DNA of 64,000 bases from Eledone cirrhosa (lineage: Eukaryota), in the NCBI GenBank assembly GCA_964016885.1, contig OZ024743.1, positions 327,422,001 to 327,486,000 on the forward strand, written 5' to 3'. The notes under the pieces are model-generated. The model made no database searches. It was given only the letters and a program-made list of their open reading frames with translations, and was not told the origin of the DNA. Of the stretch, positions 12,415 through 24,566 are shown one piece after another; position 1 is the stretch's first letter, and each line of letters starts with the position of its first letter. The position numbers were made by a program, and so were the translations under genes.

Positions 12415-14799
12415 AATCGTCTGTTTTGGGGTTCAATCCTACTACCCAAGTCATACAAGTAAGATGTAGTTACCTGACTAGTCCAGCCTCAATATCTGAC
12501 AATCCATCTCACCCATGCAAACAAGGAAAATAAACATTAAAGAGAAGATGGTGATGATGATGATGTGCATGTTGGACTTCCGATCAGAACATCGTGGGTT
12601 CGATCCCTGGGTCATATGGTATATTGTGTTCTTGAGCAAAACACTTCATTTCACATAGTTCCAGTCAACTCAGATGAAAATGAGTACTAGCAGTAGCTAT
12701 GATTGACTGGAGTCCTGTCCCAGGGATATCTTGTACTCTCAGTTGCTTAAGACCAACAAAACTATGATAAGGACTGGCCTGATGAGCCTCCAAGCTTGGG
12801 ATGTTTTAATCATCATTGTTTAATGCCTATTTTTCCATTCTTGCAAGGGTTAGATAGGTTGTGAGTTTATAAATAAGACAAGTCAAGTGACCATATCTTG
12901 CTCATACAGATATGTATTTTGGCTTGGTTTCTACAGCTGGATGCACTTTAACGTCAACCAAATTACAGTGTGGACTAGGTGCTTTTCCATTGTGTCACCA
13001 GCACCTTACAGGGTGGACTGGGCTCTTTTTTCTTGTGCTACCAGCATGACCATCACATATAAATATACGAGGGGTTGCTAAAAAGTTCCTGGCTTTAAGG
13101 GTATCATGAAAGGGTAGAGCTGTTACCTTTACAGGCAAGGTAGGACAACTATTTAGGAGAAGATAGGCAAAAAAAAAACATGATGGTATACATATATAGG
13201 TTGTGCTGTACCACGACAAAAAGTATCTTGTCTGCCCTGTAAGGCTGAAGCTGAAGCATACATATATATAGTATGAACGCCCCCCCCCCCCCTCCCTTCC
13301 ATACATCTCTCATGAGAACAGGCTGTAGCTTATATTTAGTGAAGCCTCTAGCCCATACTGTAAAGTGGTCGTGTAGGAGTCACAACAAAAAGCACCCAGC
13401 ACACACTGTAAATGTGGTTGCCATTAGGAAGGGCAGCCAGCCGTAGAAATCAAGCCAGAAACAGTTCTGTGTGAGCAAGACACGGTCACCTGACCCAACT
13501 TGCCTCAAACAGGACAACACGCCTAAGCCATGCTAGTGTGGAAAAATGGACGTTAAACGGTGATGATGATGATGAGGATATACATATATATATATATTTA
13601 TATATGAGAGAGAGGTACAAGGACATAACGTTTGAGAGAGGGGGGGATAGTAGATAATATTGACCCTAGTATATAACTGATACTATATTTTATTGAATAC
13701 TGAAGGATAAAAGCCAAAGTTAAGTTAAGAAGATAAAGGGAGACAATCAAATATTTGACTCAAACCATGAAGGAATACAAATAAATACAAGGTATTTTGT
13801 TGGACGCTACTGATTTCACTACCACAGGTTAAATATAATATTGATTCCTTCAATAGAGACAAGGCCACACATTTTGTGAGAATGAACACTATAGACGTTT
13901 GCATCTACCTCAGACCATCATTGGTACTTATTTTATCGACTTGAGGTACTGACATGGTTGTGTGGTTAAGAGATTTACTTTGTGACCATACAGTTTCAAG
14001 TTTAATCCTACTGTGGCACCTTGGGCAAGTTATCTACTATAGCCTTAGGTGACTGATGCCTTGAGAGTGAAATTTGGTAGATGGAAATTGTGTAGAATTC
14101 CTTCATATACATACATATGTAGTTGACGGTTGAGAGAAAGGCGTACTCAATACCAAAGTAGAGTTTTAATATTCATTTTTATTAAGGCTAAAAAGTGAGT
14201 CTTGTTACTCTGGAATTTCTGTTAACAAGACTCACTTTTTAGCCTTAATAAAAATGAATATATATATATATATTTATATATCATCATCATTTTACGTCCA
14301 CTTTTTCCTGCTTGCAAAGGTGGGACATATATATAGTATCAGCATGATAAACGCACCCAGTGCACAGAGCTAAGTGGTTGGTGATAGGAAAGGCATCCAT
14401 AGAAAGCCTACCAAACGAAGAGTTGGGAGGACCTGTCAGATGAGTCAAAGACATGACAACCTCTCTTGGGCACTTGAGAATGTAAGACCATATGTAAGTG
14501 AGATGTTAACCTCCCTCACAACCTGTCTGAGAGGTCAGTAGCTCTGCTTCAATACATACTTGATCTATGTAGACCCATACTACCCTTGCTAGCAGGGAAA
14601 GCAGACGTTAACAATGATGATGATGATGGTAATGATATCAGCAGAAAATGCAGTTATATAATATAGAAAAATGCATTGTTACCTAGTCAACTACCTTATA
14701 TATCATCACCACCATCATCATCTCATTTTTACATCAATTTTCCTTATTTTGGCATAGGTTTGACAAAATGTTGCCCTTTCTGAAACCAAGGTTTTAGTG

Positions 14800-16113
14800 G
14801 GGATAGTGCTGAGATGCTTAAGGCATCAGGAGAAGTAGGCACTAAATTGGTTGCATGCATGATCAATCAGGCTATATATGGTGGTGTCATACCCTAAGAC
14901 TGGTGCAGCAGTATTCTCATAAATTACTACAAAGGTAAAGGGGATGCTCTGGAGAGGAGCAATTATAGGGGTATAAAACTGATGGATCAGATAATGAAAG
15001 TGGCAAAAAAGATATTAGCACAACTAATTAGAGAAAGGGTCAAACTAGATGAGATGCAGTTTGGTTTTGTGCCTGGGAAAAGTACAACAGATGCCCTCTT
15101 CTTGGTGAGACAATTTCAAGAGAAGTTCTTAGAGAAGGATAAGCCACTATACTTAGCCTTTGTTGACCTAGAGAAGGCCTTTGATAGGGTACCCTGATCT
15201 GTCATCTGGTGGTCCCTAAGGAAACTAAGTGTTGACGAATGGCTTGTGAGGACAGTGCAAACTTTGTACAGAGGTGCTGTCAGTAAAGTGAGGGTAGAAA
15301 TGGAGTTTAGTGAGGAATTCCAGATACAAGTAGGAGTGCATCAAGGTTTGGTCCTCAGCCCGCTCTTGTTCATTATAGTCCTCCAAGCCATAACAGAGGA
15401 GTTTAAGACTGGCTGTCCATGGGAACTTCTCTATGCTGGCGATCTGGTTCTTATAGCAGAATCAGTAGAGCAGCTAGAGAATAAATTCTGGCTATGGAAA
15501 CAGCAGTTGGAAGCAAGAGGACTGAGAGTGAACCTAGCTAAGACAAAAGTGTTGATGAGTAGAAAAGAGGACAAAATTTTGCTTCCGGCAGGGAAATGGC
15601 CATGTTTGATATGCAGAAAAAGAACTGGCATAAATTCTATAAAATGCACACAAAACAGATCTTGGGTACACAAGAGATGTAGTTGGATAGTAGGCAAACT
15701 AACAGGTAGGGAGAAATATGTATGCAGTAGATGTACAGGGAAATTAGACAGTAGAAGTCGCATTGATAGACACATTTTTCAAATGCAGGCAGGTGCTATA
15801 AAAGTGGTGGATAGCTTCTGGTACCTAAGAGATCAGATTAGCATGGGAGGGGGTGTTCCGAGGCCTTAGTATCTAGAATAAGGATGGGTTGGAAGAAGTT
15901 TAGGGAGCTGCTTCCTCTGCTAATGAAGAAGGGTTTCTCCCTGCGTACGAAAGGTCAGTTATATGATGCCTGTGTGAGGAGTGCGATGCTGCATGGTAGT
16001 GAAACTTGAGCAGCAACTGCAGAGGATATGCGATGGCTGGAGAGAAATGAGGCAAGCATGCTCCATTGGATGTGCAATGTCAATGTGCATGAACGACCCA
16101 GCATGGATGTGTT
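14800..16113 (+). mobile_element. RTE-clade LINE fragment (disrupted RT)
   Basis: 'QFGFVPGKSTTD', 'FVDLEKAFDRVP', 'GVHQG', 'LYAGDL'; in-frame stops. Confidence 0.9.
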
Positions 16114-16198
16114 GACCAAAGTGCCAAGCATGATTTTGAAGCAATCTTTTTAACAACACAGCCATGTGTATACCTAAGATATTAAAAAAAAAAATTAC

Positions 16199-16323
16199 TT
16201 CAGCCACAAATCCACGGATAGAATTAACAGTTTCTCTGAAGTTGATTTGATTAAAATTCTTTTCTTGAGATAATCTGAAGAGGTCTTTCGAGAAGGTTTC
16301 TTGTCCTTTTCTTAGAGAGATTT
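16199..16323 (-). CDS. TUBGCP4: TUBGCP4 exon 8 (EISLRKGQETFSKDLFRLSQEKNFNQINFRETVNSIRGFVAE)
   Basis: Resembles 'QEDTFAAELHRL..VDRIRSTVAE'; ctcccag/gtaatt. Confidence 0.9.
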
Positions 16324-16690
16324 CTGGGAGACAGAAAATAAAAAAAAACATCAAATAAAAACCATTGATTTATTTTCTTAAAGTTTAAATATTTCATTTG
16401 CCACACACACATATATATATATCATGCCGAAAACACCGGTTCTCATCCAATCACCAAAGTTAATCAACATCGAGCCCAGTGGGTACTTAGATGGGTGACC
16501 GCTTGGGAAACCTAAGTGCTGTAAACATTTCCTTTTAACACACTGCAAATGTGATTGGTGTTAGGAAGGGCATCCAGCCATAGAAACCAAGCCAAAATCA
16601 GTTCTGTGTGAGCAAATCCCAATCCTCCGAGCTGATCCCTCACAAAGGGACAGCCCATTCTACTCATGTTAGATAGACGTTAAACGATGA

Positions 16691-16723
<33 letters not shown>

Positions 16724-18467
16724 TGAATTTCTGAAGTATATTAGGTGACCAAAGTTAAAAGAGGTACTCAATACGTTAGTAGAGTATAGACATGTTTATT
16801 TTATTATAAATATGACTAGAACTGTTGCATTCATAAGAAATCATTAAGGTTTCTGATGATTTCTTATGAATGAAACAGTTCTAGTCCTGTAGATGTAATT
16901 TCTATAATAAAATAAATATATAATTTTGAAAGTACAATGGCTAACTCTAAGCTTCCACAACACACGTTTGAGTATAACATAGTTGAACAAGTTGGGCACA
17001 AGGCAGATGTAAATTCATTTCCCACAATCCCACAAGTGACTCTACCCATTTTTTAATGTCATCAAGAGTTTATATGCTCAACTTGTTCAACTATTTAATA
17101 GTCAAAATCATGTTGTAGCAGCTTGGAATAAACTAACATACATTCAAAATTCAAATTTGCTCAATGCTTCATAAAACAAATGTGTGTGTGTATGTACATA
17201 CAAATATCCCAAATGGTTAACCGAACACGTTTTTTTCTCAAAGAATTTTTTCTGTCTTCTCACTCTATTTTTTTCTTTTATTTCTTATTCTGTCTTATTA
17301 TCGCCCAAAATGTTAAGACACTTTTTCTTACTATATCAAGTGTTAAACTAATATATTTCTTCATTGTACTGTAGTGTTTGCTTTGTTTCTGTTTACTTTT
17401 CGCCTTCCATTGTGTTATTGCTTCCCTTTACAAACAGTGAATGAACACTATTTTCAAAATGGCCACTGATGTATTCGTCCTTTTCTCCTTCATGTTAAAA
17501 AGACTGCATTGTTTCCGGATCTATGGTTCGTTATTCTGCACTTTGTACGACCTATACTTATCCCTTTTTCTGACATTATTATAGACAAATAACTTTTCTC
17601 TAAGGATTCCATGAGAATACTACTGTAAGCCATTCAAATGAAATATCATGTAAGGAATAAAATTTGTTGATAAGTGTCTAGTTTTTTCCATCATAAATTT
17701 CTGTTTATATATATTGTATGTATATATATATATACACACATATACTTTAATAAAAACGATGAAGTTTCGTTTACATGTATTTAGTTTTTTTATTATGTAT
17801 CAACCTGTTACGCACGTTTCGCAGAGGATTGGCTCAAGGTCACCCATCGAATGCTCACTTTGGTATCACCACCAGTAATTCACTTAATCATATACACTAA
17901 TATATATATATATATAAAATGTATCATCATCATCACCATTTAACATCTATTTTCCATACTTGCATCAGTTAGACAGTTGTCACATGCTGAGACCTGACCA
18001 GTTAGGTGACTAGGTCTTGCTCCTTTGTTTTAGCTTGGTTTCTACAGCTGGATGCTCTTCCTAACGCCAACCACATGACAGCATGCACTGGGAGCATTTT
18101 ATCATGACGCCGGCACTATCCCTTTTATAGAGTGGACTGGGGGCTTTTTTTGTTGCGGTACCAGTACTATCACAGGAGGCATTGGGGCTGGGGTACAGAC
18201 ATTACACTGCTGGAGGGGGTACATGTTGATGGCCTTGAAGTGGATGGACATTGAGGGAGTGTGCTTGGTTTCACTTGATGGCCTAGAAGGGGTGTTTATC
18301 ACATCTGTTACCATATTTGGAACATAACTTTAAAAAGGCTCTTATATGAAATTATGATGGAAGGTTTTCAGTTAATTATTGACTATTTTCAAAATGATTT
18401 GAAAATCACAGGCAGTCTTTCATTAGAAATATGGCAATGAAAGGGTTGATATTGAAAAAAAACTCAC

Positions 18468-18606
18468 CTAGTTTCTTAATTTCTGGTGTTAACTTCTGAG
18501 TATCAAACATTTTTATTGATTCACCAACAAACAAAATTTTCTTTGCCACTTGATATCCAATATAGGATGGTAGGAGGTCAGCACGGATAACATACACTAT
18601 CTGTTT
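18468..18606 (-). CDS. TUBGCP4: TUBGCP4 exon 7 (..YVIRADLLPSYIGYQVAKKILFVGESIKMF..)
   Basis: Resembles 'ILPSYIPVRVAEKILFVGESVQMF'; acceptor is either 18606 or 18600 (both in frame). Confidence 0.88.
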
Positions 18607-19220
18607 CTTAACACAAATAACAGCAAGAAGGAAGAGGTTAGCCCAGATGACATACACTACTATTTCTTAACACAAACAACTACAATATTGAATCTACTAT
18701 ATTGAAAATTAATGTCTCATAAACAATACATCTTGTAGTGTTTGCACATCAATAAAAGTATTAGTGACACAAATAATTGTTCCCTCCCGCTTATTAATTT
18801 TTTAGCTTCTCCCCTCTACCCCTCATTAAATTTTGATACTCTATCTCTGGCAAAATTTTATTTTAAGTGTTAACATTCCTGCAACAAATTTTTTTTGTAC
18901 CATAAAAACATTATACATGACAAAAAACGTACATTACTAGAAATCCCATACATTATAAAGTAGATGGAGACAACCTAGAAAAATTACCGATTTTCCACCA
19001 CTACTTCCACTTATTCCATGGCGCCTATTATTTGAAGCCTGAGAGTATCCATACTTAAAACGAAGTATGGGTTAGCATCAGGAAGGACATCTGGCTGTAG
19101 AAAATGTTGCCAAATAAGAGATCTTGTACAACACATCTGGACATGAAAATAATGATGATGAATAACATCTTATTTAGTTATTTACATTACAATAACATCT
19201 TGGTAATTTATAATACTTAC

Positions 19221-19380
19221 CATGGTTTCTTGTTTATTTTCTTCCTGTTCACCAGAACTTTCAACATTTGCTTCACAACTTTCCTGGACAAAGAATTCCT
19301 TATATGGATCCATCAGTTTACCATACAACATCCAGGCACAGAGATGTTTAAACAATGGTCCATGGCATGATGAAAGTAAT
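19221..19380 (-). CDS. TUBGCP4: TUBGCP4 exon 6 (LLSSCHGPLFKHLCAWMLYGKLMDPYKEFFVQ..)
   Basis: ORF 19182..19406; conserved 'WMLxGxLxDxxxEFF' motif of GRIP1 domain; ttccag/gtaagt. Confidence 0.93.
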
Positions 19381-20182
19381 CTGGAATAGGGAATTAACTT
19401 GCGCACTAATTACAGAGTTATCATCATCATATCATCTGCAGAGTCATCATCATCATTATCATATCATCTACAGTCATCATCATTCTCATTGTTTAATGTC
19501 TATTTTTCATGCTTGTTTGGGTTAAATAGTTTACCGCTTTTTTAGGCTTAACCAGTTCGGTGACCATAACTTGCTCATACATTCTATTTTTAGCCTGTTT
19601 TCCAAGATTGGATGCCCTTCTTAACACTAACCACTTTACAGTGTATACTGGGAGCATTTTACCATGGCACCAACCTTACAGGATGTTTTTTTTTATTGTG
19701 GCACTAGTTCTGCCACTTTACAGAGTGAGCTGGGTGTATTTTATCATGACACCAATACTACCATTTTACAGAATGGCCTGGGTGTATTTTATCCTGGCAT
19801 TAGCATTACCCCATTACAACACTGTGTCCTCAACCAGGCTGGAGAAAGAAGTGATGGGAATGGGAAAGTGTAAGGTGTCTGGAAGGGAAGCTACCCCCCC
19901 CCCCTGCCATAAACCATCTAGTCTGCACCACCACCACCATCATTTCATCATCGTAAAACTATCGCCCAGCCTTTCCAATCTTCACAGATCCTCTGCACAC
20001 AGTGCCCAGGTCTCACTGCTGTGCAACATTATTGTTCGTATACATGCATCATACAGTCTGCCCTTCGTTTTGAGGCAAACTTTTTGTAGTTAGCAATGGT
20101 AGTAGCTCCTCCAACCTGATCTCACTCTGGTTATGGTGCCTTTGGAACACTCTCCTCCATTGTTGATTTGTATATATATATA

Positions 20183-22152
20183 TCATCACCGTTTTACGTC
20201 CGTTCTTCCATGCTAGCATGGGTTAGACGGGTTGTCCTGTTGTGGGCAGTGTCTGGTCGGCTGATCATGCCTTGCTCATATAGGAACTGATTTGGCTTGA
20301 TTTCTACAGCTGGATGCCCTTCCTAACACCAACCTCATTTACAGTGAGTGCTGGGTGCTTTTTCCGTGGCGCCTACACGTCCACTTTACAGTGTGGGCCG
20401 GGTGCTTTTTTGCCGTAGCACCTCCACGACCACTTTGCAGTGGGAGGGTGTAGGGGCATATTGTCTATATGCTTCAGCTTATACCCATGGGAGGTTGGGT
20501 ACTCTGTATTACTGCGTGACGCCAGAGGTCACAGTCGTGTGTCATCGCCTTTGAGAGGTGTAATTGGGTAAGGTTGGCTTTTATCACATCATCTCAGGTC
20601 TTCTTGGGTCTCCCCACTCCGCGGTTTCCATCGACTTCTAGTGCTCTGCACCTTTTTATGCAGCTGTCAGCCTTCAATACGCATCACATGTCCATACCAG
20701 CGCAACCGCTTCTCCTGCACACAGCATTTGATTCCTCTTATGCTCAGTCTCTCTCTCAATTCATTTATGCTTTGTCGTTCGCGTATATTACTATTACACA
20801 TTCATCGGAGCATGCAGGCTTCATTTCTTTCTAATCTACGTAAGTCTTCCACCTTCAGCGCCCAGGTCTCACTACCATGTCACATTGCTGTTCAGATACA
20901 CGCATCATACAGTCTGCTTTTATTTTGAGGGAGAAGCCTTTTGCAGCTAGCAGTGGCAGTAGTTCACTGAACTTCTTCCATCCCGTTCTTACCCTAGTTA
21001 TTGTACTTTCTGAACACCCACCTCTGCTGCTAATTCGGTCACCTCGGTAGCAGAAGCTGTCTACTGTTTCTACAGAGCCCTCCCAGAGATTGGTGGTACT
21101 TGTTTCCTGTGGCTGTTTGCTGCTTGCTGTCCCAGCACAGCTGCTACATGTGAAGCCTACATTCTTAATTAAGCTTCCTGAGATCCCGCTACATCTCTTG
21201 TGTACCCATTGTTTGCATTTGGGGCAGAGAATGGAGTTCCTACCTACACCTTTCCTACATACTGAGCAAGGCCATTTCCCTGAGGGGATCTGGGTTCTGT
21301 TTTCTCGTCTACTTACAAGGACCTTAGTCTTTGTCATGTTGACTTTGAGACCCTTTCTTTCTAGTCCCTGCTTCCAAGTTTGGAATTTCTTCTCTAGTTC
21401 TACCGTAGATTCAGCTATAAGTGCGAGGTCATCAGCATACAGGAGTTCCCATGGGCATCCGGTCTTAAACTCCTCCGTTATTGCCTGCAGGACTATGATG
21501 AACAGGAGAGGGCTAAGAACAGAGCCCTGGTGGACACCAACCTGTACGCTAAATTCCTCTCTATACTCATTGCTAATCCTAACTTTGCTGACTGCTCCCC
21601 TATACATGGCTTGTACAGCTTTCACAAGCCATTCATCTACTCCTAGTTTTCTAAGAGCCCACCAGATTACCGCACGTGGAACTCTGTCAAAGGCTTTCTC
21701 GAGATCGACAAATGCCAGGTAGAGTGGCTTACTTTTAGCTAGGTACTTTTCCTGTAACTGCCTCACAAGGAAGATGGCATCAGTGGTGCCTCTTCCTGGT
21801 ACAAACCCAAATTGCATCTCATCTAGTTTCACCCGGTCCCTAATCAAATGTGCTATAACTCTTTCTGTTACTTTCATGACCTGGTCCATCAGCTTTATAC
21901 CTCTATAGTTTCCTCTATCTAGTGCATCACCTTTACCTTTGTAGCAGTTGACAATGATGCTACTGCACCCATCTTTTGGTATGACACCTTCTAGTATTAG
22001 CTGGTTAACAATACGTGTGGTTATAGTGTGACCTACAGACCCAAATGCCTTCAGCATCTCGGCAGCTATACCCGATGGACCGGTTGCCTTCCCCATCTTC
22101 ATATCTTTGATTGCCTTACTTACTACGCTGCTGCTGACTTGTACTGCTAGTA
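20183..22152 (-). mobile_element. RTE-clade LINE, 5'-truncated, frameshifted near the C-terminus
   Basis: 415-aa ORF with YADD; complete 3' UTR. Confidence 0.93.
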
Positions 22153-22177
22153 TATGTACTGCTCATATATATATATA

Positions 22178-24518
22178 TCATCATCATCACCGTTTTACGT
22201 CCGTTCTTCCACGCTAGCATGGGTTAGACGGGTTGTCCTGTTGTGGGCAGTGTCTGGTCGGCTGACCATGCCTTGCTCATACAGGAACTGATCTGGCTTG
22301 ATTTCTACAGCTGGATGCCCTTCCTAACACCAACCTCATTTACAGTGAGTGCTAGGTGCTTTTTCGTGGTGCCTACACGTCCACTTTACAGTGTGGGCTG
22401 GGTGCTTTTTTGCCGTGGCACCTCCACGACCACCTTGCAGTGGGGGGAGTGGGGGCATATTGTTTATATGCTTCAGCATGTACCCATGGGAGGTCGGGTA
22501 CCCTGTATTACTGCGTGACGCCAGAAGTCACGGTCGTGTGTCATTGTCTTTGAGAGGTGTAGTTGGGTAAGGTCGGCTTTTATCACCTCATCCCAAGTCA
22601 TCTTGGGTCTCCTCACTCCGCGGTTTCCATCAACTTCTAGTGCTCTGCACCTTTTTATGCAGCTGTCATCCTTCATACGCATCACATGTCCATACCAGCG
22701 TAACCGCCTCTCCTGCACGCAGCATTTGATTCCTCTTATGCTCAGTCTCTCTCTCAATTCCTTTATGCTTTGTCGTTCACGTATATTACTGTTACACATC
22801 CATCGGAGCATGCAGGCTTCGTTTCTCTCTAATCTACGTAAGTCTTCCACCTTCAGCGCCCAGGTCTCACTACCATGCAACATCGCTGTTCGGATACACG
22901 CATCATACAGTCTGAGGGAGAAGCCTTTTGCAGCTAGCAGTGGTAGTAGTTCCCTAAACTTCTTCCATCCCGTTCTTACCCTAGTTATTGTACTTTCTGA
23001 GCACCCACCTCCGTTGCTAATTCGGTCACCTAGGTAGCAGAAGCTGTCTACTGTTTCTACAGGGCCCTCCCAGAGATTGGTGGTACTTGTTTCCTGTGGC
23101 TGTTTGCTTGCTGTTTCAGCACAGCTGCTGCATGTGAATCCTACATTCTTAATTAAGCTTCCTGAGATCCCGCTACATCTCTTGTGTACCCATTGTTTGC
23201 ATTTGGGGCAGAGAATGGAGTTCCTACCTACACCTTTCCTACATACTGAGCAAGGCCATTTCCCTGAGGGGATCTGGGTTCTGTTTTCTCGTCTACTTAC
23301 AAGGACCTTAGTCTTTGTCATGTTGACTTTGAGGCCCTTTCTCTCTAGTCCCTGCTTCCAGGTTTGGAATTTATTCTCTAGTTCTACCATAGATTCAGCT
23401 ATGAGTGCGAGGTCATCAGCATACAGGAGTTCCCATGGGCATCCGGTCTTAAACTCCTCCGTTATTGCCTGCAGGACTATGATGAACAGGAGAGGGCTAA
23501 GAACAGAGCCCTGGTGGACCCCAACCTGTATGCTAAATTCCTCGCTATACTCATTGCTAATCCTAACTTTGCTGACTGCTCCCCTATACATGGCTTCTAC
23601 CGCTTTCACAAGCCATTCATCTACTCCTAGTTTTCTAAGAGCCCACCAGATTACCGCACGTGGAACTCTGTCAAAGGCTTTCTCAAGGTCGACAAATGCC
23701 AAGTAGAGTGGCTTACTTTTAGCTAGGTACTTTTCCTGTAATTGCCTCACAAGGAAGAGGGTATCAGTGGTGCCTCTCCCTGGTACAAACCCAAATTGCA
23801 TCTCGTCTATATTCACCCGGTCCCTAATCAGCTGTGCTATAACTATTTCTGTTACTTTCATGACCTGGTCCATCAACTTTATACCTCTATAGTTTCCTCT
23901 ATCTAGTGCATCGCCTTTACCTTTGTAGCAGTTGACAATGATGCTACTGCACCAATCTTTTGGTATGGCCCCTTCTAGTATTACCTGGTTGACGATACGT
24001 GTGGTTATAGTGTGACCTACAGACCCAGATGCCTTCAGCATCTCGGCAGCTATACCCGATGGACCGGTTGCCTTCCCCATCTTCATATCTCTGATTGCCT
24101 TACTTACTACGCTGCCACTGACTTGTACTGCTGGTCCCTCTATAGGGTCTACATGGGGTAGGGTCTCTTCTTCCCATGCATTCTCCTCATTTAGTAATCT
24201 ATCATAATGACTCTTCCATGCATCTTTCTTCTCAGCACTTGTGAGGGCAAGCTCACCTTTATCATTCCGGATACACTTCTCTCCAATGACATCACAACTA
24301 TCTCTGACACACTGCCTCGCAATCTTGAATACCTCCTGTTTCTGGTCCTCACGTTGTAAAACATGCTTGAATTTTCTATCCTCTGCTTCCCTCCTAGCTA
24401 AGTATACTTGTCGCCTAGCTTCCCTCTTGGTCTCTATGTAATGTACCCTGCTCCCCCCGTTCTTCCATTCTTTCCATGCCTGTCTCTTGGCCTTGACTGC
24501 TTCATCTACCTTATTGTT
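22178..24518 (-). mobile_element. RTE-clade LINE, 5'-truncated, open 537-aa RT plus PHD-like finger
   Basis: ORF 22473..24086 with all RT motifs (DLEKAFD, GVHQG, YADD, YLG); 3' UTR and (GAT)n tail; no endonuclease domain. Confidence 0.94.
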
Positions 24519-24566
24519 CCGGCCTTGACTGCTTCATCTACCTTATTGTATATATATATATATATA

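Noticed and set aside
21090-23706. 210-aa plus-strand ORFs (21090..21722 and 23077..23706)
   Set aside because: Antisense shadows of the RTE RT frame
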